From contig MU056050.1 in NCBI GenBank assembly GCA_013239625.1, positions 7,234,773 through 7,298,772 of the forward strand: a stretch of DNA of 64,000 nucleotides, given 5' to 3'. This document shows positions 9,912 through 22,904 of the stretch, in pieces (position 1 is the stretch's first letter; each line of letters starts with the position of its first letter). The position numbers and the translations under genes are program-made. Below the pieces are notes generated by a model, which was not told where the DNA came from, did no database searches, and saw nothing but the letters and a program-made list of their open reading frames with translations. The DNA comes from Lama guanicoe. Lineage: Eukaryota.

Positions 9912-12132
9912 CTTTAAAAAAAGAGAATTCATTTTTAGAATCATCAAAAGTAACCAAATCTTGAACTCTTTTCCTAACATGCTGGCAAGGAGGTCGCCCT
10001 AGCTTTTTGGCAATGGTTGTAAAATGAATTGCTGAGGGTGAGGAACCATGCATGCACACGTGTGTGCACACAGGAAGCAGGTAAGCAGGTAGACTGAAAA
10101 AAACGAAAGACTCAAAAAGTAGTCAGGTTGGTTGCAGTCTAAGAAAATTTTCAGAAAAAGATTGTTTCTTCTTTTTTTAAACAAATTTTTCTTTACTGAT
10201 ACAGTTTTCCCATATTGCAGATTTCTTAACCTCTGATTGTACATGTGTGCATTGTGTAATGTATGAATTAGTGGTGAAAGAACTTCAGAATTCTACAATC
10301 TTATTTTTTTAATAAGAAAAAGTAACCTTGAGTCTTGAGTTCAGCTTGAATTTGACAGTAACTTTATCCTGGATCCACGGAATTACAATGTTGGAAGGAG
10401 CCTTAAGAAAAAGTTAAATGTCAATTCTTTAGGTATAAACATTTACATTTTTGACCTTTTGTAACATCACTCCTGCATTCAATACACAGCCACAGGCTTT
10501 CCACACAGTCCCAGTCACAATCTATTTTGATGTAATTCATTCTATTTCTACATTTCTCCACATCCTGTTTCTCTTGCCTGAGGAGACTTCCTTGTAGATT
10601 TGTACAGCTAGTTAGGAGTTATTCTCTGATGCTGAAATCCTAGCACAACTCTTCCAAAACTTCTGGTTCTGCTTTCTGAGATAGCCACTTATATATCTGC
10701 TGTTAAAGACTCCTGAGAGGGAGAGTCCATTAGCATCCCATTGAAGGCCCATTGTAGGGCTCCACATCCCTCTCTAGTCAGAAACCTTTATGACCAGTGG
10801 AAACATCTCTCACTGTAATTTGAACTTCTTGCTTCTTGCCTTTTTTTAGTGCGGACATATAATGAGAGGTCAGCCTCAACATTATAGCAGATTTTCACTT
10901 TACTATTTTCATACAGTCTTTACATTGATGCTCACTTAAAAATTGTTACTGATGTCTGGTTCATTTATTGATGCTCACTTTTTGCTTAAGGTCCACACAA
11001 TCAGAAAATTTATTAAAAAAATCAAACCAACTTGTTTGGTGTCGTGTGAACAAGTAAGCCTTGGACCTGGCATCTTACCAATGCTTTCAGCATTTCCAGC
11101 TTTGAAAAATCTACCATTATTTCTGTGTCTCTATTTTGGACTCTGTGTTTTCTGCTTTTCTCTTACATGAAAACAAAATCAGTCCAAACAAAGAATTTCT
11201 TAAATGTGTGAATCCCTTAGGCTATATGGTGTAAACAAGTTTGGCGAATGAGAACTATTTGCGAAGTGGAATTAGCAGCATCTTGCTGAGTCTAGAGCAC
11301 AAGAAGCAGGGAGAATTCATACCTTTAGAACTGGGTTGGTGTCATCAATAAGATCAATGGGACACCAGCATTCTTTCAATAAAATCAACCATACTCAGAG
11401 AATGAAAAAAACTGGATTTGAGCTACTAACACAGGAGACCAGGCAGGGCAATTAAGGTTAAATTAGTAAAATGGCTCTGAGAGTCAAGCAAGGGGAACAG
11501 GAATTAAAACTTAAAGGGAAAGAAGTCTGATTTAGCAATGTCTGAAAGTCTCTGTTGGTACTATGTGAAATAAGTTGGCCATTTTGTGATTAAACTAGTC
11601 CTCTTTTAGTTGGTGGTAGCTAAGTCTTTGAGTAATCTATGAAGAATGTACACTGCAACTACTCTGGCCCTCCACTTTCTCATCTATAAAATGGGATTTT
11701 ATCATAGTTTTCCAGGGTCACATCAAGTTTTATCATTCTGATTTATTCTGATTTAGCATTCAGAACTAACTTGCTATCCATAACAAAAGTTGGTGGTGGT
11801 GGGGTGGCACTTACAGGTCCCAAGTTATGGATCACAGTTGATCTGATGTGTTAAAGTGGGAAAAACTTGTTTCTTCCTAGTTATATGATGTATGGTGAGA
11901 AAAAGTGTCATCACTTGAGACAGTGAAGGATCAGAGACATAGGTAGGAGGGACAAATTTTTTGTTTCTTAAATTACTAGGTACACCTCTATCTGCAAGGC
12001 TTCAACACAAGAACTGCTAAGAATCTACCAGTGGGAAATTCAAGGATAACTGCCAACAATACAAATATATTTATTAAATTTCCCCCCAAAAAAGGAGTTC
12101 TTCTAATCACAAAGCTCGAATGTTTTGTATAC

Positions 12133-12366
12133 CTTTTAGTTTTTCAGCAACAACGCTGCATTCATGATCTGAATAGTGGACCACTGTGGGTGGGGATGGT
12201 GGGCGCAACCTTTCTTCTTCCATCCTTCTACGGTGGCGCTCCTCTCTTGCTAGCATACGCTGTTTGCATTCCCACTCGTACAGGTCATCTCGAGCCTGTG
12301 CAAAATCAACGTGGAGCCGGCCTGTGTCCTTTTTATCAGTGCTAGAGCCCAGGCGAATTCGGTAAC
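12133..12366 (-). CDS. ENOX2: ENOX2 coding exon (234 bp, phase 1-1): GYRIRLGSSTDKKDTGRLHVDFAQARDDLYEWECKQRMLAREERHRRRMEEERLRPPSPPTVVHYSDHECSVVAEKLK
   Basis: ORF 12107..12376. Acceptor cttag|GTTAC, donor AAAG|gtatac. Encodes the end of the RRM and a charged helix. Confidence 0.98.
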
Positions 12367-13089
12367 CTAAGTGCATAAGAGGGAGAGAGAAGAGTAAAAG
12401 AGCAGCCCAGTGAGTGAGTAGTGGTACCTACCTTTCCAAGTTCCATGCTTCAGATGTGGTTGCAGTAGTTTCAAATGACCACATAACCCCAAATTCTCTC
12501 CCCACTACTAACAAGGTGAACCATCAAAACACTTGGATTAGAGTCTCATCTTGGATAATAGTGTATTATTCTATGGTTTGGGTCAGTCTTATTTGTTGGA
12601 GTTCCATACCTCCATCTGCCGCCTCACCTCTGGCACAGGGAGGCTCTATGGATAATGGTATCAAGAATAAGCTTTATATGGTGCCATAGGCTGGGAAGAA
12701 TAGAAAAGTTGGCCTCAAACTGTGGTGTCTTTGGATAACTTCAAAAGTGTCATTCAAATCACCACTCAGAATTTTGATAAAATGTAAATGTATCAGCTAG
12801 ACATTTCAACCCCCAAATTGCTTCCTAGGTGTATTTGGTGACTCTGAACCATTTTGGGGGGGGGCAGAAACAGATATGATGGGGAGTGGTATGTGATCCA
12901 GGTGACATAATTTGAGATCCTTAAAAACAGAGGTAGTGTGCTTGTAGTATAGTGGTATAGGACTAGGATTTAAAAATCCAGGATTCAAGTCCACCTTTTG
13001 TGCCAGCTATAGTACCCAAGTTAAATTTTTCAACAACAACCAAAAAAAAGTTAAGTTTTTAATTAACTTTTTAAGTTTAAAAAGCTGAG

Positions 13090-14470
13090 CTAGCTGCTTC
13101 CATACACATTTTAAAGACATTGGATATTAGGCAATGAAGATAAAAATTACTAAGAGACAAAAAACAAATGAAATGACCCCTATGATTTCCCCATCTTATT
13201 GCTTGGAGTTTCCAGGCCTTAGCACAGGGAGGGGAACTCAGGCAAAGCCTGGTGATCTCCCTGAGTTGAGGAGATTGAACTGGGAATCCAGGGAGACTGC
13301 GGAATACACAGTTTGTATGGCACAGTACTGGAAAGAAGAAAGCTACACAGAGAAAGAACTTCAGAGATCTGCAGAGGGCCATCCTCTATTATGAAGCTGA
13401 TGTCTATGTGTGTGTATGGAAACTATCTGAGCATTAGAGGTAACAATCCCTGGAGTTCACATAGGACTGAAAATAGTTCCTTTTCACATTAGCCAGAGGA
13501 GAAAATCTAATAATTCACAGAGTATTGGATAGAGTAATCAGAAGAGTTTTGCCTTAGTGATGGAAAATTAGCCCTAGTTGGATTAAATTGGCCCTGCTGT
13601 GGTTCTGCTGAACAAAACTTATAAAAAACAAGACCTAAAAAGATAAAAATTTTTTCAGGTTACTTAACTATATCCCAGAGCAAAGCTCAAGAATACTTAT
13701 AGGAATGAAAAATATTTGTCACATTCACAATGTCTGGTATCCAATAAAAAATTACCCAATATGCAAAGATACATGCAAATCATAATAAAGATAAAAATCA
13801 ATCAACAAAACAGACCTAGAAGTGAGACACATAATCTAATTAATACATAAGGACATAAAAACAACTATTATAATCGGGTTTTATATGTTTAAGAAGCTAG
13901 AGAAAAGATTGAATATATTAAGTAGAAACAGAAAAAACATTAAAAAAAAGAATGACAGTCAATCTTTTAGAGATTTAAACTACAATGTCTGAGTTGAAAA
14001 AAATCACTGGACAGGTCCATTCACAAATTAGACATTGCAGAAGAAAAGATTAATGAACTTGAAGACATAACAATCAAAACAATTCAAATTAAAATACAGA
14101 AAGAAAAAAACTGAAAAAAAAAATGAACAGAGTACCAGTGAGCTGTGGGATAACTTCAAGGGACCATATATATGCCTAATTGGAGCCCTGATTGCAGACA
14201 GGGCAGGGAACAGAAAAAAATATTTGAAGAAATAAGGGAGGAAAAATTTCCAAATTTGAGGAAAACTCAGAGACCTAAGAATTTCAATGAATCCCACGCA
14301 CAGGAAACATGAAGAAAATTACACCAAGGCATATCATAAATTTCTCAGCACCAGCAATAAAGAGACTATCTTAAAAGCTGCCATAGACAAAAGACACACT
14401 TTATGTACAGAGAAACCAAAAAGATAAGGATAACATCATATTTCTTGTTGGAAACAATGCAAACAAGAAG
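13090..14470 (+). mobile_element. Ancient L1M-type 5'UTR/ORF1 remnant
   Basis: A-rich degenerate ORF1 signature (gaacagagtaccagtgagctgtgggataacttcaag...tatttgaagaaataagggaggaaaaatttccaaatttg) preceded by L1M-like 5'UTR sequence. No intact ORF. Confidence 0.75.
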
Positions 14471-16269
14471 ACAGAAAGAGAGAGGAAGAATACATTTCAT
14501 AAGCAACCTTTGCTAGGGCTTACAGTTTACAATGCACTTCCACACCCACTCAACTAATTTGATCATCTGAGCCATCAGAAAAATGGAGCTATTAATGATT
14601 ACCTTGACTACTCTCTCAGGATTGAGGAGAGAATCAAATGAGAGGACAATATGAAACCTCTGCATAAACACACACAAGATACTATGAAGCTACGAGGTGG
14701 TGCACTGTGCATAATGCCAGCTCCCAAAAATGGTCAAGCTTCAGTAGAAAAAAATGATTATTTCCACATTCCTATCTCCTTTTCTAAGGGGTTTTTGTTT
14801 GTTTTAACCTCTTTCTTTTACAATATGGGAGAACAGCCATCCAATTCAGGATATTTCTAGCACCTGTAAACTTCCAGGGAGCAGGTTCAAATTTAAAGGG
14901 AAAAATTAGTTGTTTTCACATCACTGATTGCAATCTCCTTTCCTTTGGCAGCTATGAGAATGTTTCCAGGAGGAGGCTGTTACCAGGGAGCTGATTTCAA
15001 TGATGTTTAGATGGATGCCTTCTAAGCAGCATGTCGTCTTTTATGTACAACTGTTACAGGGCTTTTCAAGACCTTTAAGTTCATATTAAAACAGTCTATT
15101 GTGGAATTCTCTGTTATCATTGCTAAGGGTTATTAAACCTTCAGTAGTTATATTTTACAGCACTTACCAAATGTAAAAAGAGTATTCTTCATCTGCCTCC
15201 TCCTCCCCTTTCCCATGTACAGCCTACTTTTTCAAACACTCATTACCTTTTCTTTGGCCTATTGCAACAGGTGTCTAACTGACCTCCTCTCCTCTTACCC
15301 ATTTTTATACAGGGCTGTCAGATTAATCTTTCAGAAACAGTCATTTTCCTTGTTCAAAAATTTCTTCAACAATTCCTTATTATCTGAGGAGTAAAGACTC
15401 AACTGTTAAGCCTTTCAAACTGTGCTGACAACCTATGTCTTCCCTCCTTCTTTCATGTCTACTTAGTACACAAACCATTACTCATTGTTTCCTTGAATGT
15501 TCTTCAAAACTTACCACCTGTGTATCTTTGCTCATATTGTATACATGCCCCATTGTCCACATTCAAATGCTTTCTCTTTGCCAAAGACTTGCTCCAAATG
15601 CTACCTTTTTTGATACCCCTAGTCAGGAGCCAGAAATTTTCAATCTCTCTCTGTTTCACTCCTCCTCCCTCTGTATCCTCTGAACTTTCATAACACTTTA
15701 CTCATACTTCTTGTACAGCACACGTAACTTTCAATGCCATTATTACTAGCACTGAGTGTGTCTTATCAGTGTCTTGAACAATGCCTGGTACTCAGTGTTT
15801 CTTTAATAAATGATGACTGCATACTAACCCTAAGTTCATTAAGGGGCAGAACTAGGTTTTACTCATTTTCTACTCTGTACAACATTTAGCACAATAGTTT
15901 ATACAAAGGAGATGTCCAACAAGCATCTGTTACATGAATGAAGATTCTGTCACCATAAAATGTCTAGCACTTGGACCCAATTCTTCCAAACTAGTAGCCC
16001 TTAGGAAAGGAAATAGCTAACTGTTCTATGTCCTTTCCAATTACTCTGTCTTATGCCTTCAGGCTTATTTATTCACTGCTCCATAAAGAACAATAACAAT
16101 TCAAAATAAGCAAAGGATCAGCCATGAAACTTTATCTTGAAACCACCCTAAAAAGCAAAGGGCTTTACTTCATAATATTTAACAGAAATCAATCCGATTA
16201 TAATTTCTTGCCTCAGTCTCCCAAAATTTGAACTTTTACCATAAACAAGAAACTTTATGCAGAGTAATT

Positions 16270-19200
16270 TTTACCGTCTCCACTCCAACTACCATAGTAT
16301 ATAAGCCACTATCACTCTGGGTTAGACCAATGCTATGATTAGCTAACTAAACACCAGTGACCACACTGGCCCATACCCTTCAGTACATCTTTACCCGGAA
16401 GTGATATTTCTAAAATGTATATCAGATCATGTCACTTTACTCCTTAAAATCCTCCAATGACTTCCCATTATATCCATAATAATAAACTCATCACTACAGG
16501 CATATCTCAGAGACATTGTGGGTTCAGTTTCACACCACCAAAATAAAGTGAATATTGCAATAAAGCAAATCACACCAGTTTTTTTTTTTGGTTTCCCAGT
16601 GCATATAAAGTTATGTTTACAGTGTACTGTAGTCTATGAAGTGTGCAATAGCATTGTGTCTAAAAAATTAACCACCTTAGTTAAAAATATTTTATTGCTA
16701 AAAAATGCTAACCATCATCTGAGCCTTCAGTGACTTATAATCTTTTTGCTAGTGGAGGGTCTAGCCTTAATGTTGATGGCTGCTGACTGATCAGGGTGGT
16801 GGTTGCTGAAGGTTGGGGTGGCTGTGGCAATTTCTTAAAATTTGAAGACAACAATAAAGTTTGCTGTATCAATTGATTCATCCTTTGATGAATGATTTCT
16901 CTGTAGCATGCAACATGATTTGATAACGTTTTACCTATAGTAGAACTTCTTTCAAAATTGGAGTGAATCCTCTTAAACTCTGCTGCTGTCATAACAACTA
17001 AATTTATATAATATTCTAAATCCTTTGTTGTCATTTCAACAATCTTCATAGTATCTTTACCAGGAGTAGATTCCATCTCAAGAAACCATATTCTCTGCTC
17101 ATCTGTAAGAAGCAACTTCTCAAACGTTAGAGCTTTATCATGAGATTGCATCAATTCAGTCACATCTTCAGGCTCCACTTCTCATTCTAGTTCTGTTGTT
17201 ATTTCCACCACATCTGCAGTTACTTCTTCCACCAAAGTCTTCAAAGTCATCCATGAGGGTTAAAATAAACTTCTTCCAAACTCCTATTATGTTGATATTT
17301 TGAACTCTTCCCATGAACCACTAATGTTCTTAATGGCATCTAAAATGGTAAATCCTTTCCAGGTTTTCAATTGACGTTCCCCAGATCCATCAGAAGAATC
17401 ACTATCTATGGCAGTTACAACTTTATGAACTGTATTTCTTAAATAATAAGACTTGAAAGTTGAAATGGCTCCTTGACCCATGGGCTGCAGAAAGAATGTT
17501 GTGCTAGCAGGTACGAAAATAACATTAATCTCATTGTCCATCTCTATCAGAGCTCTTGAGTGACCAGGTGTATTGTCAATGAGCAATGATATTTTGAAAG
17601 GATTCTTTTTTTCTGAGTAGTAGGCCTCAGAAGTGGGCTTAAATATTCAGTAAACCATGTTGTAAACAGATATTGTGTCACCTAGGCTTTGTTGTTCCAT
17701 TTATACAGCACAGGCAGAGTAGATTTAGCATAATTCTTAAGGGCCCTAGGATTTTTGGAATGGTAAATGAGCATTGCTTTCAACTGAAAGTCACCAGCTG
17801 CGTTAACTCCTAACAAAAGAGGCTGCCAGTCCTTTGAAGCTTTAAGGCCAGGCACTGACTTCTCCAATCTAGCTATAAAAGTCCTAGATGGCATCTTCTT
17901 TCAATAGAAGGCTGTTTCATCTACAATGAAAATCTGTTGTGTAGTGTAGCCATCTTCATTAATGATTTTGAGCTATATCTTCTGGATAACTTGCTGAAGC
18001 TTCTACATCAGACTTGCTACTCTTATGTTATGGAGATGGCTTTTTTCCTTAAACCTCACAAACCAATCTCTGCTAGCTTCAGACTTTTCTTCTGCAGCTT
18101 CCTCACCGCTCTCAGCCTTCACAGAACTGAAGAGAGTTGGGGTCTTTCTCTGAATTAGGCTTTGGCTTAAGGCGATATTGTGGCCTATCCAGAAAACTAA
18201 AACTTATGCCTTATCAGCAATAAGGCTGTTTTACTTTCTGATGATTTGTGTGTTTACTGAAGTAACACTTTCAAATTCTTTTAAGAACTTTTCCTTTGCA
18301 TTCACAACTTGGCTAACTGTTTGGTGTAAGAAGTCTAGCTTTTGGCCTATCTCAGCTTTTGACATGCCTTCCTTACTAATCTTAATCATTTCTAGCTTTT
18401 GATTTAAAGTGAGAGACATGGGAGTCTTCCTTTCGCTTGAACACGTAGAGGCCATTGTAGGGTTATTAATTGGCCTAATTTCAATATTATTGTGTCTCAG
18501 GGAATAGGGAGGCCCAAGGAGAGGGAGAGAGATGGGGGTACGACCAGTCAGTGGAGCAGTCAGAATACACACATTTATCAGTTAGTTTTGCCATCTTATA
18601 TGGGTGCAGTTTGTGGTGCCCCAAAACAACAATACTAACATCAAAGATTACGGCTTACCATAACAAATAGAGTAATAATGAAAAAGTTTGCGATATTGTG
18701 AGAATTACCAAAATGTGACACAGAAACATGAAGTGAGCAAATGCTATTGGGAAAATGGCATCAGTAGATGAGCTTGATGTAGGGTGGCCACAAACCTTCA
18801 ATTAGTAAAAATGAAAATGCAGTATCTGCAAAGCACAATAAAGCAAAGTGAGGTATGCCTGTATAAATTACAAGACCCAACATAATTTGGTATTGTTTAC
18901 TTCTCAGACTTTCTTTCCCTTCACTGCCTCTCTCCCATTTACTATGCTCCAGTCATACTTACCTTTTCTCTTCTGATTAAATATACCAAGTCCATTTACA
19001 TCTTAGGGTCTTGGACTTGCTTTTCCTTATGTTGGAATGCATTCCCCCCAGATGTTCAAGTGGCAATCCGCTTCGTATTGTTCAGATCTCAATTCAAATG
19101 TCAGAGAAGACTTGCTTTCCTAGCCACCCCAGGTACGTTAACTCTTTTTATCTTCTTCATAACATTTGATTAGCTGATATTAATTTATTTGTTTACATAC

Positions 19201-19330
19201 ATATCATATTTTGCCATGTCCAGAATGTAATATGCCTGATGGCAGGAAGTTTGTCTGCCTCAGTCTTTGCTGTATCCTTAGCAACCAAGCATTCTGATTA
19301 GCAGTCAATAGATATTTGATAACTAACTGA
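16270..19330 (+). mobile_element. L2 3' fragment split by Tigger1 (L2 parts ~16270-16494 and ~18864-19330)
   Basis: L2 motifs tcagatcatgtcactttactccttaaaatcctccaatgacttccc on the left. On the right: ctatgctccagtcatact and ggcaggaagtttgtctg...caatagatatttga. The two parts are collinear across the TA site. Confidence 0.7.
16497..18861 (-). mobile_element. Near full-length Tigger1 DNA transposon (Tc1/mariner-pogo), transposase pseudogenised
   Basis: TIRs CAGGCATATCTC (from 16497) and GAGGTATGCCTG (to 18861), with TA TSDs at 16495-16496 and 18862-18863; 2365 bp. Minus-strand fragments: [10 protein letters not shown]...LNQKLEMIK (CENP-B-type HTH), [17 protein letters not shown] (DDE region), [15 protein letters not shown]. 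Confidence 0.96.
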
Positions 19331-19334
19331 CTTC

Positions 19335-19950
19335 CATAGTTATTTCTGAGCACCTACTTTTGTGCCAGGTTACATGCTAGATGCTGGGGATTGAAAGTTA
19401 AATAAGACACAGTCCTTCCCCTAAGGAGTTCATACTCTGGGAGACAGGTGTGGAAAGAGACAGTTCTCATGTGATGTTATAGGTGTCATGTTAGGAGGAA
19501 GCACAAGGTAAGGCGTAAGCACTGAGGAAGGGGTGTTCAAACCAGCCTGGGGCAGAATAGGGAGAGAAGTCAGAGAAAGCTTTCTAGAAGAGGTTATGAC
19601 TGAGCTGGAGCTTTAGGGTATGAAAATGTGGGTATGGAAAAGGTAATTCTAGTCAGAGGAAAAGGCCTATAACACCATGGGTACATTCTGGGAACTAGAA
19701 TTAGTTGTGTGGTTAGGACTTGGTATGTGAAGGAAGGATTGGGAGATAATGCTAAGAGGTAAAATGGATAATCAAGGCCTTTAGATGCCACAAGTAAAGA
19801 ATTTTGGAGTTCTCCCATAGGCAATTGGAAAACTAATATATATATATATGTATATGTATGACTGAAACATTATGATGTATACCAGAAACTGGCACAACAT
19901 TGTAAACTGACTATATTTCAATAAAAAAGAAACTACTTGAGAACTTTAAA
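19335..19950 (-). mobile_element. L2 fragment, interrupted by a short L1 3' end
   Basis: ttctgagcacctact...gtgccagg...gctggggat...aataagacacagtcc is the reverse complement of the L2 3' end. Confidence 0.65.
19836..19929 (+). mobile_element. Extremely 5'-truncated L1 (terminal ~94 bp of the 3'UTR)
   Basis: gtatgactgaaacattatgatgtataccagaaactggcacaacattgtaaactgactatatttcaataaaaaa resembles the L1 terminus at ~7020-7095 of this window. Flanked by AAACTA at 19830-19835 and 19930-19935. Confidence 0.8.
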
Positions 19951-20103
19951 GGAATACCTTGGGTAGTAACATGCATCTTCCATCTATGAAGGTAAGAGGG
20001 GTTGCCGTTAAGCCCCAACTTTAGCTGTCACAGATGCAGATACACTGATCCCCGATGTCTGTGTTGTGCCTGATGGGCACAGTCCTTATGACTGAACACC
20101 TAC

Positions 20104-20310
20104 CAGAAAGATAAAGGGCTTTGTCCACCATGTACTCCTCAGCAAAGCGAATGTGACAAAAGTTTTTTTTGCTCTTCCGAATAGCAATGATCTCTCCACA
20201 CTGCTCAAACACTTCCACGATGATCTGCTCTGTCCCATTTTCAGGCAAGCCGCCCACAAATACCGTTTTGCATCCTGGTGGTCGTTCGCGAGTTGCAGGA
20301 GGTGGAAGAT
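20104..20310 (-). CDS. ENOX2: ENOX2 coding exon (207 bp, phase 1-1), RRM core: NLPPPATRERPPGCKTVFVGGLPENGTEQIIVEVFEQCGEIIAIRKSKKNFCHIRFAEEYMVDKALYLS
   Basis: ORF 20021..20332. Acceptor ttacacttag|AT, donor CTG|gtaggt. RNP2-like VFVGGL and RNP1-like KNFCHIRF. Confidence 0.98.
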
Positions 20311-21829
20311 CTAAGTGTAAGTGCAAAAGCATTTGAAATTAAAATGTTTGTGTGGAATGGACCTGTTAAAAACTTGACATGTCCCAGAGATAGCCCTACT
20401 GTCCCTGTCACACTTTTGCCTAAGAGTGCCAGAAGCATGTGGCCTCCAAGGGGCTCACCTCTGCTCCACAGCAAGTTGGTTTCATGAACCTGAGAATTAT
20501 TTTATTCAATGGTTTGGTGACCGTGATGTATATATACAGGATAAAGACTCAGACCCATCTGTCCCATCAAAAGTTCTTTAATTTTGTTGTGACAACCCAG
20601 CTATACCCAGCTTTTGGTCATTTTTATTAAGATGACAGTGAAGGGAAATTCCACTTGGTTTAAACTTTTATTCTTGGGAATTCTCAGAACCAGGGTCCTT
20701 GAGAGAATGATTTGTTTAATTCAGTTTGTAGTTACTGTATTCTCTCTGTTCTTGTTTACTGAGAGAATGGCTTCAGGATAATTTGACAGTGATGGGATGA
20801 ACATTTATAAAAATGTTTATAGCTATCAGAATGATTTGGTTGACAAAATCAGCCAGAATACAGACCACCTCTTTTAGGTTTTTTGTTTTTTGATACCAGT
20901 GAGCTCCTCTTCAAATTCTTTGCTGGAGAGGTGAAGTCCAGAAGCTGATTAAGTGTCATTTAGAAGGAAGTATGAAAGACAGCAGAGAAAGTAAGCTTGT
21001 CTGGGAAATCATTAAAGTGAGATAAATTTGGCTGTACAGAGTTATTTAAAAAACTACTTAATGAGATGATTCTCTTTTTGCTTAAAAAATATGCTTTCTA
21101 TCACTTATCTTATACATAAAGCCTTTCGTATCTGCCAGCTCTTTGTTGCTATTTATATGCATCAAAGCATTTTCCAAGCAAAATCCTACAGTTCATAGCC
21201 CAACAAAACAAAGCATGATGGTCAAGGGTTTTTCTAGTGTTGGTTTTGTATCTGCAAGGATTTATTTTGTGTAATCCATTCTTTCCATTCAGCTCTTAAC
21301 AATAATTCTCCCAGCTCAAGATTTGGAGAGCTCACCAACCAGTGATTACAGCTCACATGCAAAATTAAATGAGTCTCAATTGTAGATTAGGCCAAGGCCC
21401 CCACCTGACTCTTATCCAAGTTGGCACACAGATGATTTGAGAGCTTCCTTGGCTATCAGCATCTCAAGCTTCCTCACTTTGCTACTGCTATCTATTTAAT
21501 GAGCGTGGGTCAGAATAATCAAGTTCTCATGATATCTTCTTTCCCTCTATTTAGGCAATAAAAGAGGTATTCAGAGAACTTACAAAATTTCTGTTAATAT
21601 TTTTAATGTCTATAATTTCAAGAACTCACTGTATTGGGTTTTTTGTTCCACAGGAGAAGTTTAAAGGGAAAAAGAAGATAACCTAGTGAGCAGGAATCTG
21701 AAATATCTTAGTCATGGACACTGGAGAGGTTATAATTTTAGCCAAAAAGGGAAAAATGAAGTCCAGAATCTCTTGAGACTTATGCTCTGAGTTTTTAAGA
21801 TCTGGAAAGAATTCTAAACATCATACTTT

Positions 21830-21999
21830 CAGTGACTCTCAACTCTGGCAGCACATTAGAATCAACTTTGGAGTCAAACAAACAATGCCTGGGTACCACT
21901 CAAATGAGTCTGATTTAATTAGTCTGGACAGACTGCACATGCACATTTTTCAAAGCTCCTCAGGCAACTGTAATGTGTAGCTAGGGTTAAAAACCACTG
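21830..21999. mobile_element. MER5-type (hAT-Charlie) non-autonomous element
   Basis: Ends cagtgactctcaac...ggttaaaaaccactg form inverted termini; internal cacattagaatca and tctgatttaattagtctgg. Confidence 0.75.
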
Positions 22000-22517
22000 A
22001 CTTGGCCTAAATTTCTAATATTACAGAAGAAAAACCTTACCTGAGTGAAGTTGAGTGACTTATTCAAGGTCACCAAATTAGATGAAAAGAGAAGGAACAT
22101 GAACTTGGAGCAGTTAAACCTGAATTTAAACTTTAATTACTCACTGTTTGTATGACCTTGGGAAAATTACATAACCTCTGAGAACCTCATTTTTTCATCT
22201 TAAAATAGGGATACTGTCCTCTAACTTACAAGAGTTGTTGTAGGATAATTGATAATCTACTGTCTATACTGTATGTTATACAATGCCTACACTAGATAGG
22301 TTCCTAATAAATTGTAGTTATTATAGCATTATTATTATTTACTATTATAGATCCCAGGTTTCCTAATTACCAATCTGAGGCTTTCTAAAGCCCTACCACA
22401 AGTCTGAAGTTGAGTAGCACCTAAGACCTGGACTTCCAAACTCTCAGCTCATTGTTTTATCTAGATCTTTAGATAAGGCTGGATTTGGGAAGAACTCACT
22501 CTTATTAGTAGAGATAC

Positions 22518-22904
22518 TGTTACCGAACCGAACTTGGTTCTGCTTGCCCACCCCTCCACTCCCAGCAGGAAAGCCAATCTACTGACACTAGGTTGTGCTG
22601 AAGGAAAGTACAGCATTTATTGCAAGTGCCAAGCAAGTAGAATGGGCAGCTTATGCTCAAAAGACCTGGCTTTCACAGAAGGGTTTTTTAAGGCAACATT
22701 TGTGGTGAGGGCTGCAGGGTACAAGACTTTCTGATTTTCCTTTTTTCTGTATTCTATCACTTTTCCAATTAGTAGCTGCTTGTGCCTGCTCTTTGGAACT
22801 TAGGGAAGGCCTAGGAGACCAAAGCCTTTTTCTACAAAACAAAACAGGGGACATGGAGGGGCTTTTGTACCCTGGTAGGCTCTGCAGGGTCCTGCTCGGT
22901 TTCA
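22518..22904 (-). mobile_element. Solo LTR, ERV1-like
   Basis: TG...CA termini (tgttaccgaa...ctcggtttca) and a minus-strand AATAAA at ~22617-22622. No clean TSD. Confidence 0.7.

Noticed and set aside
9406..10071. 221-aa single-exon protein
   Set aside because: Only 9699-9911 is ENOX2-like and bounded by AG/GT; the rest is intronic read-through.
16735..18572. Domesticated TIGD1-like gene or active transposase
   Set aside because: The coding region is broken into several frames by stops and frameshifts, and the TIRs and TA TSDs of an ordinary insertion are retained.
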